64,000 nucleotides of DNA from a virus, in the IMG/VR virus record IMGVR_UViG_3300050015_000702, one strand, 5' to 3'. The first letter of the stretch is position 1; every line of letters begins with the position of its first letter. The position numbers were made by a program, and so were the translations under genes. Below are positions 9,610 to 18,077 of this stretch, one piece after another. The notes below the pieces were generated by a model, which saw only the letters and a list, made by a program, of their open reading frames with translations, ran no database searches and was not told the DNA's origin.

Positions 9610-10296
9610 CTATAATATTTTCCAGTTTAATTTAAATTTAGGATTCGGGCTGTCGGATCTGGCATAAGAATGCAAAAATAGAGATTTTGTATCAATTTGC
9701 ATAGTATCAATAAGACATGAAAAGGAACTATCAATGACATGAACTTCAGCGGCTTTTTCTATTGTATAAATAAAATCAAATATTCCGATATTATTAAAGT
9801 CCGATGGATTAATGATTTTTATGTCTTTTCTAATATGCGAAAAATTTATTTCTCTTCCAGTTCTAAGATCATTATGGAGAAAAATATATTCTTGATTATC
9901 TTTCAATTTCAACTTATCATAATACGTTTCTTTTTCCCGACTCAAATCTCTTTCCATGTGAAATTTATTCCATCTATCCTCAATCGGAATACCTGCTGAA
10001 ATATAGAATCCCTCATCAAATGTTTTAAAAATACCAGTATGCAGTTTTTTAAACCATTCAGCCGTATGACCTATAATAAGATAATTCTTTAAAGGATTGA
10101 TCTGTATAAAAAAGCTTATATCATTATCCAGAGATATTACTCTTAAGTTTGATAAATCCCTAAACATTCTTATAACATTTTTGGATTTAGAAAATAAATA
10201 AACCCAATCATATTTAACAGCATTTGTTCTTACTATTGCATTGCAAATAATATGATCCCCCAATCCTAAATGATGATAAATGTATACGGAATTCAT
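9610..10296 (-). CDS. GT-B (GT9-like) glycosyltransferase
   Basis: HHLGLGDHII N-terminus and IEKAAEVHVIDSSF C-terminal motif. Confidence 0.55.
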   Translation of the reverse strand: MNSVYIYHHLGLGDHIICNAIVRTNAVKYDWVYLFSKSKNVIRMFRDLSNLRVISLDNDISFFIQINPLKNYLIIGHTAEWFKKLHTGIFKTFDEGFYISAGIPIEDRWNKFHMERDLSREKETYYDKLKLKDNQEYIFLHNDLRTGREINFSHIRKDIKIINPSDFNNIGIFDFIYTIEKAAEVHVIDSSFSCLIDTMQIDTKSLFLHSYARSDSPNPKFKLNWKIL

Positions 10297-10298
10297 AA

Positions 10299-10898
10299 TT
10301 ATAGTCTTTTTAATAGCACATCTCCAACAATTGTTGCGTATTTTTTATAAAAGGGGGAGAGGTATGATACAACTGCTTCAATACCTGTATTCGCTTCAAT
10401 ACAAAGATATTCTATATTAAAAATTCTCCAATCGATAGATTTTACAACATGTATTTCATGAGTTTCCACATCGATAGAACAAAAATCAGCATTTTTTATA
10501 TTATGCTTATTCAAAATTGTATCCAACCGAAATGTGGGAATTTTTATTACATTATAAGAACCCCCATGGCCTTCAATTTCGGATTGAGCTACGGTTTCTC
10601 GATTAAATCCGCTGGCCATTTCTCCATATCCTGATATGACAGTGAAATCTTTCTCTCCTTCCGCATCCGATATAGCACAATTTTCTGTTATACAATTCCT
10701 GTTCGATACCAATTTTTTAAAAACTTCCGGAATAGGTTCAACGCAAATCCCCGACCATTGCATTTCCTTTTCAAAAAAATATGAATTGCTATAGGTTACC
10801 CCATCATGAGCTCCTATATCAATAAAGATTCCAAATTTTTTATGGTTTAAAAGGTGATTTAATAATTGATCTTGCCCGTATTGCGAATAATATTTCAT
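10299..10898 (-). CDS. FkbM-family methyltransferase
   Basis: YSQYGQD, FIDIGAHDG..SNS, GICVEP and SIDVE. Confidence 0.88.
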   Translation of the reverse strand: MKYYSQYGQDQLLNHLLNHKKFGIFIDIGAHDGVTYSNSYFFEKEMQWSGICVEPIPEVFKKLVSNRNCITENCAISDAEGEKDFTVISGYGEMASGFNRETVAQSEIEGHGGSYNVIKIPTFRLDTILNKHNIKNADFCSIDVETHEIHVVKSIDWRIFNIEYLCIEANTGIEAVVSYLSPFYKKYATIVGDVLLKRL

Positions 10899-10899
10899 T

Positions 10900-11571
10900 T
10901 TAGATTCGGTTTTTAAAGTATTTTTTGGAAGGATGAACTCTTTCTAATTTATGTTCCCAAATATATGTAAATGGGTCATAAGCATAAGTTACAAACGGAT
11001 AATAGGTATATGATTTTAAAGTTTCTTTAGAAATCATATTATTATAACTATCATCTGTAGTGGTTTCAAATTTGGAAAGATATGAAATTATTTTGTTATA
11101 AGCAATATCTCGAATAAGCATTGAATGAGTACATTCAGTGAAAATAGTAGGCACAACATTTAAAAACTGAAGATTCGGAAGGGTGCTAAGACCTAATCTG
11201 GGTATTCCTGATAGATAAACATGTTCCCAATTATTTGGAAGGATATTAAATAAAATTTTGATTCTTTTTTCAAAATCTTCTGCTAAAACTACATCATCTT
11301 CTAAAACAATAAAATGGGGCCAATTATTTTCTTTAGCTATTTTTATAGTTTGAATATGAGACATTGTACAAGCAATCTCTCCGGGTTTAAAAGTATCCCC
11401 AAATCTATATCCTCCCTGTAAATGTATTTTTTTAGATTTTTCGAATTCCGATAATTTTTGCCCATCTATGGCATCCATTATAATAGCTTCAATATTAAGA
11501 GATTTTAATTGAGATTGAATATATTCTCTTCTCTCTTTTGCTCTTTCTAAACTTATAACAACGATATTCAT
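10900..11571 (-). CDS. glycosyltransferase family 25
   Basis: VISLERAKERR, AIDG, GEIACTMSH and VLEDD. Confidence 0.88.
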   Translation of the reverse strand: MNIVVISLERAKERREYIQSQLKSLNIEAIIMDAIDGQKLSEFEKSKKIHLQGGYRFGDTFKPGEIACTMSHIQTIKIAKENNWPHFIVLEDDVVLAEDFEKRIKILFNILPNNWEHVYLSGIPRLGLSTLPNLQFLNVVPTIFTECTHSMLIRDIAYNKIISYLSKFETTTDDSYNNMISKETLKSYTYYPFVTYAYDPFTYIWEHKLERVHPSKKYFKNRI

Positions 11572-11574
11572 ATC

Positions 11575-12122
11575 CTATTTTTCAAAATACCAGCATCCCC
11601 CCAAATAAGGTTTTGCTCCGAATGTAAAATACTCATCAACAGCTCTTCTAACCCCACAAGACGGTTCATTATAATCGTGACCAGCAATAACTCCTCCTTT
11701 TTTAACCTTTGGAAACCACATACGTAGATCTTTTTTAATTCCTTCGTATCTATGGCTTCCCCATCTAAAAAAAGAAAGTCAATACTTTCATCCTCAAATT
11801 TTGAAGCAAAATCAAAACTAAAACCCACAAAAGTCTCGATAAGAGATTTTACGGGTTCAATATTTTTAGTATATGTTTCTAATAGAGAATGATTTTTGAA
11901 ATCCCGGTCGTCATTATATCCATCTCCGAATCCATCGAAGGAATCAATTGTACAAAAGCGAATAGATTTATGAGACTCTTTGATTTTTTCTGCCATGAAT
12001 ACGGCAGATTTACCTTTCCAGGTTCCTATCTCGACAAATAAAGAATTTGAAGGAAATTTTTGAACCATGTTGCCATATAAGGCATCAAAAGTAAACATTC
12101 CTTCCAGGTTTTCCCAATACAT
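11575..12122 (-). pseudogene. class I SAM methyltransferase (Methyltransf_24-like), frameshifted
   Basis: VEIGTWKGKS...DFLFLDG in frame 0. The conserved tail SHRYEGIKKDLRMWFPKVKKGGVIAGHDY...CWYFEK* continues in another frame after the G4 run at 11759-11762. Confidence 0.8.
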
Positions 12123-12134
12123 AATTTTAAATTT

Positions 12135-12389
12135 TTAATCGTTAGTATCTTCAATTTCTTCTTTTCTATTTTCCCAACTTCCGTCGTCATTTTGATATAT
12201 TTTAGCTCCACATCGTGGGCAGGTTCCAAAGTGATCAAAGCCATTAGAATCCTGCCAAAGAGAATCCTTATGCCATTTTAATAGTGTACAAAAGAATTTA
12301 AGTTTTGATTTTTTCTCCCAGTAAAATAGAATTCCAAATACAGCCAAAAATATTAAGCCAACATAAATAAATACCTGCAAAATATCCAT
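12135..12389 (-). CDS. hypothetical membrane protein with CxxC
   Basis: N-terminal hydrophobic helix and CPRC motif. Confidence 0.65.
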   Translation of the reverse strand: MDILQVFIYVGLIFLAVFGILFYWEKKSKLKFFCTLLKWHKDSLWQDSNGFDHFGTCPRCGAKIYQNDDGSWENRKEEIEDTND

Positions 12390-12405
12390 GGAGAATGTTA
12401 TTTCT

Positions 12406-13059
12406 CTATTTATTCACAAATTTTTTGCATCTATCCCCGTGCCATCTAACATAATTTCCTGGGTTTGTTTCCATACCACAGTATTCGCAGATTTTCAAGA
12501 TTTTATTTATTGCATCCCAAGCCGGTTTGCCAAAATTTGGATTCTGATCACCTAAATGGGATTGGCTTATATTTTTCTTGTGCTTTTCTGATTTGGATTT
12601 TCCTTTTAAAGCTAAACTACTGTGTAGTTTCATATTTTTAGCTTTTTCGATTCCATATAGATCTTCAACTGATTTTCCTAAAATATTATTTCTAAGAATT
12701 TCTTTTGTTTCCTCAGATAAGGGCGAATTATTACCGCCAGATCTTATATTATATCCGCCCTTTATTGTATTATCTCTAGCAATATAAAAAGTTTCCCTTT
12801 TATTAAGGATTTCGGCTAATTCTTTTTTATCTTTAGATTTGTGCTCTTCAATTATTTCCCATTCAAAATTTTCAAAACCGTATTTTCTAATTGCATTTAA
12901 AAATTTGGTTTTTGTATTTTTATAGTATTTTGCAAATTTTTTATGACTTCTTTTTCTATCTTCTAGAGAATTAATGGATTGGCCATAATAAATTTTCTTA
13001 GAAATTAAGCAGGTAGATTTATAAATTATTCCTATTTGTTCACAATTTGAACTAACCAT
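12406..13059 (-). CDS. GIY-YIG homing endonuclease
   Basis: GIIY...IYYGQS, AIRKYG, GYNIRSGG, NUMOD3-like repeats and a C-terminal CxxC..H..C. Confidence 0.85.
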   Translation of the reverse strand: MVSSNCEQIGIIYKSTCLISKKIYYGQSINSLEDRKRSHKKFAKYYKNTKTKFLNAIRKYGFENFEWEIIEEHKSKDKKELAEILNKRETFYIARDNTIKGGYNIRSGGNNSPLSEETKEILRNNILGKSVEDLYGIEKAKNMKLHSSLALKGKSKSEKHKKNISQSHLGDQNPNFGKPAWDAINKILKICEYCGMETNPGNYVRWHGDRCKKFVNK

Positions 13060-13889
13060 TTTTCAAAATTAAGAAGATTGTTCTCTAGTTTTTCTTTTTG
13101 CTGGGTTGTAAATATTCCTTCTGTATATCTTGTCTGAAATATAACATCATCGAAATCACTTTGTTTAACTAATTCTATTAGTTCACTAGGTTTCCCGTGA
13201 ATGAAAGCGTCAGTATTAAAATCCTGAGTTATCTGAGGGTCTCCGAAATATATCGGTAAGGAACCAGCTAAGAAAGCATCCATCAATTTTTCCGTGGTAT
13301 ATCCGGGGTATGGAGTATTTTCAAAAACGATGGCAAATTTATGAGTATGCTGTTTGAAAAATTCATCCTTAGTATCTCTCCAATATTTTCCTATAGATAA
13401 TTTCTGCAATGAAAAATCATTACAAAGAACCTTACCATAGGAATGAACTCGTTTATACTCATTCAGTTGCTGGAAGAATCCATTTCGCATCATATTATTA
13501 GGATTCGAAACAGTAAAAGAACAAAATCTTTCAAAATCTTCTAGGTTTAGTCTCAGTCGGTTATACAAACGATCTTTTAGTTCGGGCTTATTTAAAATAT
13601 AAACCTGCCACAAAGGTAAGCGATAGTTTGTTTCACTATGAGGATCAAATGAAATGCTATAATTAGCACCAAACTGGCCGGGTCTCCAGTTTTCACCAAG
13701 ATATAAAACTCTTTTCTTACAAGGAATTGTTTTAGCTTCTTTCATCCCGCCAAAGATAGAATGAAAAACAATATCCGGATGATTTTTATCTAAAACTAAG
13801 GTAAAGTGTTTTGAAAGAATAGGGGAGATGAAGTTTTCATCATTCCACTCTGGCCAAAAGTCAGAGAACCAAATTTTTAAAGTATCCAT
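13032..13889 (-). CDS. alpha-1,3-fucosyltransferase-like (GT10)
   Basis: FCSFTVSNP, KFAIVFEN..YPGYTTEKLMDAF.AGSLPIYFG. Confidence 0.88.
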   Translation of the reverse strand: MDTLKIWFSDFWPEWNDENFISPILSKHFTLVLDKNHPDIVFHSIFGGMKEAKTIPCKKRVLYLGENWRPGQFGANYSISFDPHSETNYRLPLWQVYILNKPELKDRLYNRLRLNLEDFERFCSFTVSNPNNMMRNGFFQQLNEYKRVHSYGKVLCNDFSLQKLSIGKYWRDTKDEFFKQHTHKFAIVFENTPYPGYTTEKLMDAFLAGSLPIYFGDPQITQDFNTDAFIHGKPSELIELVKQSDFDDVIFQTRYTEGIFTTQQKEKLENNLLNFEKWLVQIVNK

Positions 13890-14620
13890 TATTCGTAGTC
13901 GTTTTCGTTTATACCTAACATAAAAATATTGCCTCCTTGACCGGGGGCTAAATCGTAGTTCTTATTTTCCCCTCTTATATTTGAAGTTAAAGATTTTGTG
14001 GGAATTACAAGTGGAGGACTTGCAATGTAGAAATTGAATCCTTCATGAGTCATCATGTGATGAGTAATAGAATCTGCAATCATGGGTTGTGCATCCGCAA
14101 TAGCAATATATCTTTCCATTGCTCTTCGATTCATCCCATAAGCTAAAATAGACCAGGAAGCAAATCCTTTTGTCCATCTTGCTTGAACTCTTATGTTTTG
14201 TGGTTCTAAATTTCCCATATAGGAATAAAGAAGCACCCCATCTTGATCTTTAGGGAGTGTATCAAAATACTTTTGAACCTTTGTATCCCAATCTTTATGG
14301 AATGCACAGTCATCTTCAAAAATAAAAATGCTAGAACAATCTTCCAGTAAAGCAGTTTTAATTACATGATAATGAGATTGCATTGCCCCAAATTCATTTG
14401 GAAATTTAGAATTGAAACGTACTTTTCTTCCGTCTGGACTATTATACTTCTGATTATAAGTTTCTAAAAGTCTAGCTGCATATCCAGGAACAACGGGATG
14501 AAAGAATTCAGCATCAATGTCATGCTTCTCAAATTGAGCAATCATATAGTCGAATTTGTCGCCTCGCTCTAAAAGATTGATGCAGACAACTTTATCATAT
14601 ATTGCGTTAATTGTTCTCAC
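13889..14620 (-). CDS. glycosyltransferase family 25-like
   Basis: CINLLERGDK, EFGAMQSH and IFEDD. Confidence 0.78.
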   Translation of the reverse strand: MRTINAIYDKVVCINLLERGDKFDYMIAQFEKHDIDAEFFHPVVPGYAARLLETYNQKYNSPDGRKVRFNSKFPNEFGAMQSHYHVIKTALLEDCSSIFIFEDDCAFHKDWDTKVQKYFDTLPKDQDGVLLYSYMGNLEPQNIRVQARWTKGFASWSILAYGMNRRAMERYIAIADAQPMIADSITHHMMTHEGFNFYIASPPLVIPTKSLTSNIRGENKNYDLAPGQGGNIFMLGINENDYE

Positions 14621-14948
14621 GGTTTAAAATTTTAATGATTTTTTCTTCAAGCCAAAAAATATAAGACGGATCATAGACTGTTCTAATGACCCAGTTATAA
14701 TACTTATTCCATCCCCTTTTATACCAGGATTTGCATTTAGATGTATAAGTTGGAGCAATGTGATTTTCAAATTGATAATCTCTTTGTAATGAATGCCCTC
14801 CAGCTTTTTCTTCCAACCATTGACCATATTCCGAAGTTGGATAATCTGTTTCATCCCAAATTTTTACTCTCCATTGATCAGGATCCCAAAACGGTAAGCT
14901 AGCGGTATCCATGTGAAATTTAATTCTTAAATCGCGTTCTGTTGTCAT
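14607..14948 (-). CDS. hypothetical protein
   Basis: 113-aa ORF coupled to its neighbours; two YxxWLEEK repeats. Confidence 0.65.
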   Translation of the reverse strand: MTTERDLRIKFHMDTASLPFWDPDQWRVKIWDETDYPTSEYGQWLEEKAGGHSLQRDYQFENHIAPTYTSKCKSWYKRGWNKYYNWVIRTVYDPSYIFWLEEKIIKILNRENN

Positions 14949-15187
14949 TTATTTTCGTTTAAAATAGTTCCTACTTTAGCTTTAGCTCTGTCTAAAATCT
15001 CGTAAGGACCTTCCGCAGAAGTATCCAGATATTCAAAAACTTGCTCTTCTGATACTAATTTATAAGATTCCGGGTCAACTACCAACTTAAAGCAGGTAAC
15101 CTTATAATCGTTATTTCCTGGGAAATAATCCATCTTAATTCTGTGTCCTCTAAACAATCTTTCCATGCTTATTATATTGAGTATCAT
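14945..15187 (-). CDS. hypothetical protein
   Basis: 80-aa ORF with ATGA overlap to the next gene. Confidence 0.65.
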   Translation of the reverse strand: MILNIISMERLFRGHRIKMDYFPGNNDYKVTCFKLVVDPESYKLVSEEQVFEYLDTSAEGPYEILDRAKAKVGTILNENK

Positions 15188-15200
15188 AAAATAGTTTCAC

Positions 15201-15223
15201 AAAAAAAGGGAAATAATTCCCTA
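15201..15223 (-). terminator. rho-independent terminator
   Basis: Minus strand AGGGAA-ttat-TTCCCT followed by a T run, at the stop of 15221..15709. Confidence 0.7.
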
Positions 15224-15709
15224 TTTTTCTTCTTCTGAGCGATTAGAATCACATTTATCTAATAATTCTGTGAATAACGTGTGAAATAATATGGGATCCT
15301 TAAAAATAGTTCTTGTAAATTCACCCCAAAACTTAAGTAGGTCATGAGTATCAATTTCATCACCATTTTCGGCCGTTTTTGTGATGATATTTTTGAAAAA
15401 AGATCGTGTAGTAGGGGTGTGAAGCCAATCGTTTTTTCCAGTTTTATAATCTTCTCCAAAAGACTCCTCTAGAGCCTCGCTAAGATTTTTATCAAAGAAT
15501 ATTTCTTTATTTCCTTGACGACTGGTATATGCATATTTATGGGCAATTTTTTGAATAGAATCTTTAACTTCCCATATTTCGTCATCTCCAATACCTTTTT
15601 CCTGTAGTTTAGTTTTGATAACTTCTACTTCCCCGATCCCTAAATGTTTTATCGGGTCTTCTGAACGTAAAAAACCCTGGTCGCCCAGGGATTCTTTAAC
15701 TATTTTCAT
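15221..15709 (-). CDS. hypothetical protein with N-terminal FER-like motif (single module)
   Basis: MKIVKESLGDQGFLRSEDPIKHLGIG matches the repeat found in 45785 and 52080. Confidence 0.75.
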   Translation of the reverse strand: MKIVKESLGDQGFLRSEDPIKHLGIGEVEVIKTKLQEKGIGDDEIWEVKDSIQKIAHKYAYTSRQGNKEIFFDKNLSEALEESFGEDYKTGKNDWLHTPTTRSFFKNIITKTAENGDEIDTHDLLKFWGEFTRTIFKDPILFHTLFTELLDKCDSNRSEEEK

Positions 15710-15712
15710 TTG

Positions 15713-16705
15713 TTAGGCTTTCATGAATTGATCAAGCTTTGCTCTCTTTGCCTGTCTCATTTTTTCTCGAGCGGCTAATTCAGTTTCCTTTTTCTTTTCG
15801 TCCTGAGCTTGTTTGAATTTAAGTATTTGTTCTTTCATAGATCCTTTGAATGCGTTCTCAAAGAAATCTTTAAATTGTTCAATAACGGTAGTGCTATCAG
15901 TTCTGAAAACTTCTTCTCTTTCTTCACCGCTCATATTGTAAACTACGAAACATTCGCTGGTTCCTTCTTCCTCTTTGAAATCCATTTCTGGATCCTCTGA
16001 TGTTTCTTCCCCAGTTTCTTTCCCGCCTTCAGGATCTTCTTCTGGATTTTCTTCAGGTATTTCTGGACTTTCTTCTCCATCAAGTGAAGGTTCTTCTATA
16101 GGATTTTCATCTGAAGGTTCTGGAGGAGCATCTTCTGCACCTATTTTTGGATCTTCATCCGAGGGTTCATCAAAATCAAGATTTAAATCATCAGCTTCAT
16201 TTAAACTCTCCTTAACTAAAGGTTTTTCTGTTTTCTCTTCCTCTTCATGTTCTTCTTCCTCTTCTTCAGGGGTTTCTTCAGTTTCTTCTTCGGCGGTTTC
16301 GGCAGATTCTTCACCAGGTTCACTAGTATCTCCGTCTTTATCAACGTCTTCAATTTCGGCATTAATTTCTTCATCACTGATAGCTTCATCCGGAAGCATT
16401 AAAACTGCAGCTACATAATCGCTATCGAACATTTTATAAACTTGTCCTTGTTCTTCGAAGCTTTCTTTAGCTTTTTTATTCTCTTCCCAGAATTCTTTAT
16501 ATTTGATGATCTTATCACCAGCAGCGGATTTAAACCTTTCAAGGTTGTCCTGAAGTTTTTTAACTACTTCTGCACCTTCTTTGGCGTCTTCGTCTTTCAT
16601 TTTTTGCTCATCTTTGGAGATCTTTTCGGCTCTTTTGCCTTCTAGCATTGAAAAGAATTGGAAATCCTGAAATTTACCTAAGGTTTCATGTAACATTTTT
16701 GCCAT
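15713..16705 (-). CDS. highly acidic hypothetical protein (probable head-associated)
   Basis: Start reassigned to MAKMLHE, just downstream of a GATATATA promoter. Glu/Pro-rich centre and LVKESLNEAD sites. Confidence 0.7.
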   Translation of the reverse strand: MAKMLHETLGKFQDFQFFSMLEGKRAEKISKDEQKMKDEDAKEGAEVVKKLQDNLERFKSAAGDKIIKYKEFWEENKKAKESFEEQGQVYKMFDSDYVAAVLMLPDEAISDEEINAEIEDVDKDGDTSEPGEESAETAEEETEETPEEEEEEHEEEEKTEKPLVKESLNEADDLNLDFDEPSDEDPKIGAEDAPPEPSDENPIEEPSLDGEESPEIPEENPEEDPEGGKETGEETSEDPEMDFKEEEGTSECFVVYNMSGEEREEVFRTDSTTVIEQFKDFFENAFKGSMKEQILKFKQAQDEKKKETELAAREKMRQAKRAKLDQFMKA

Positions 16706-16722
16706 GATCGTATCTTTTATTT

Positions 16723-16730
16723 TATATATC
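16723..16730 (-). promoter_or_regulatory. putative late promoter GATATATA
   Basis: Motif lies 17 nt before the ATG at 16705. Confidence 0.55.
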
Positions 16731-16794
16731 CAACCTAAAGCCCAATAGAACAACAAGTAAGTCTGAAACGTTTATGTGGCATGGGCCCAAAGAA

Positions 16795-17178
16795 TTATGA
16801 ATTTTGTAAATATTTAATTGCATTTTGTAAAATTTCAATATCATCTTTTGCATATCCTAACAAAGCATTACAGTTATTGCAAAGTAATCCCCTAACCTCA
16901 TTAGTTTGATGATCATGATCAATTGATAAACTTTTTTTAAATTCGATTTGATGTTTACCACATATTTTACAACAACCATTTTGAGAAGTAAACTTTTCAT
17001 TATACTCAACTATTGTAAGATTATATGATTTGCATCGGAGATTTAAAGAATATGTTTTGCCATTTTCGGTTTTTTTCCATTTTAATTTGGCTTTAGCATA
17101 TGCTTTTTTACCTTTTTCTGATTGTCGGTATTTTTTATTAATTTCTTTTTGTTTTTTCTTTTCTTCTTCCGATTTCAT
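16795..17178 (-). CDS. endonuclease VII-like HNH endonuclease
   Basis: QNGCCKICG...LSIDHDH...VRGLLCNNCN..LG..KDD..L.NAI.YL. Confidence 0.88.
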   Translation of the reverse strand: MKSEEEKKKQKEINKKYRQSEKGKKAYAKAKLKWKKTENGKTYSLNLRCKSYNLTIVEYNEKFTSQNGCCKICGKHQIEFKKSLSIDHDHQTNEVRGLLCNNCNALLGYAKDDIEILQNAIKYLQNS

Positions 17179-17236
17179 AAGTTTAATTTATAAAATATAT
17201 ATTTAGGAATAACATGAGCATGAGAACAAATTTGTA

Positions 17237-17244
17237 GATATATA
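17237..17244 (+). promoter_or_regulatory. putative late promoter GATATATA
   Basis: Motif lies 19 nt before the ATG at 17264. Confidence 0.55.
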
Positions 17245-17263
17245 TAAAAAAATGTCATAGATT

Positions 17264-18061
17264 ATGAAATTTACTCAATTTCTTGAGCTTGAAAAGCTTT
17301 CCGAGACTAAAAATACCCCAGTAAGAAAACTTATTGAAACTGCTGAAATAGCTACCCCGGGTCCTATTAATGAAGCAGATCCTGAACCCGGTGCCGAAGA
17401 TAAATTGGACACCAAAAAAGGAAACATCGTTACCAAAAAAGGCAGGATGAGAATGGCTTTAAACAAACAAGCCAAGAAAATGCAAGATGGACTTAATAAA
17501 GATCTAGGCGAAAAATTTATAAAGCCTCTTATTGATCAAAAAGTTAAGGTTTATCAAAAGATGGCTGAAGTTGGCAAAGGAAAACAGCCAAAAGATATTC
17601 TTAAAGCTTTACAGGGGGATCTTAAAAATGTTAAAGCTACCACTGACAAACAAATAGGTCTTATTGAAAAGACTGCTCAGGGAATTGTTGATAACTATGC
17701 TAAGAAAATTGAATCAGCTCTTCAGAAAAAGGGATTCAAAGAAACTTCTTTAGCGGATCTTCAGTCATACTGGACTCTTTTATCCGCTCAGGTTATGAAC
17801 AACGTACTTGCCAGGTTAGCTAAACTTGACGATGAAACAGTTGCTAAAACCATTCAGGATAAAGGAATTCTTAATGCTGCCAAGATAATAAATAAACAAA
17901 TTCTTAATAAAGGATTAGCTGGTGAACTTGCTAAGAAAGATGGCAAAATCAAGGAATTAAAAGCTCAGGTTAAAAAGAGCATTGATGCAGAAAAGAATGA
18001 ACCCGAAGAAAAACCCGCTGAAACACCAGCTGAAAAACCTGCAGAAGAAACCAAAGTATAA
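17264..18061 (+). CDS. hypothetical helical protein (probable internal head protein)
   Basis: Late promoter upstream, INE|A site, and similarity to 18078. Confidence 0.7.
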   Translation: MKFTQFLELEKLSETKNTPVRKLIETAEIATPGPINEADPEPGAEDKLDTKKGNIVTKKGRMRMALNKQAKKMQDGLNKDLGEKFIKPLIDQKVKVYQKMAEVGKGKQPKDILKALQGDLKNVKATTDKQIGLIEKTAQGIVDNYAKKIESALQKKGFKETSLADLQSYWTLLSAQVMNNVLARLAKLDDETVAKTIQDKGILNAAKIINKQILNKGLAGELAKKDGKIKELKAQVKKSIDAEKNEPEEKPAETPAEKPAEETKV

Positions 18062-18077
18062 CAAAATAAAGTAGCTA

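Noticed and set aside
11755-11775. Canonical programmed -1 ribosomal frameshift in the methyltransferase
   Set aside because: There is no X XXY YYZ heptamer at the G run and no obvious stimulatory structure. Mutation, slippage or sequencing error is more parsimonious.
15975-16418. Ser-rich 147-aa ORF and other opposite-strand or off-frame ORFs (e.g. 3640, 4048, 23749, 35758, 48036)
   Set aside because: These are shadow ORFs of real genes, e.g. antisense of Glu-rich codons, with no independent motifs.
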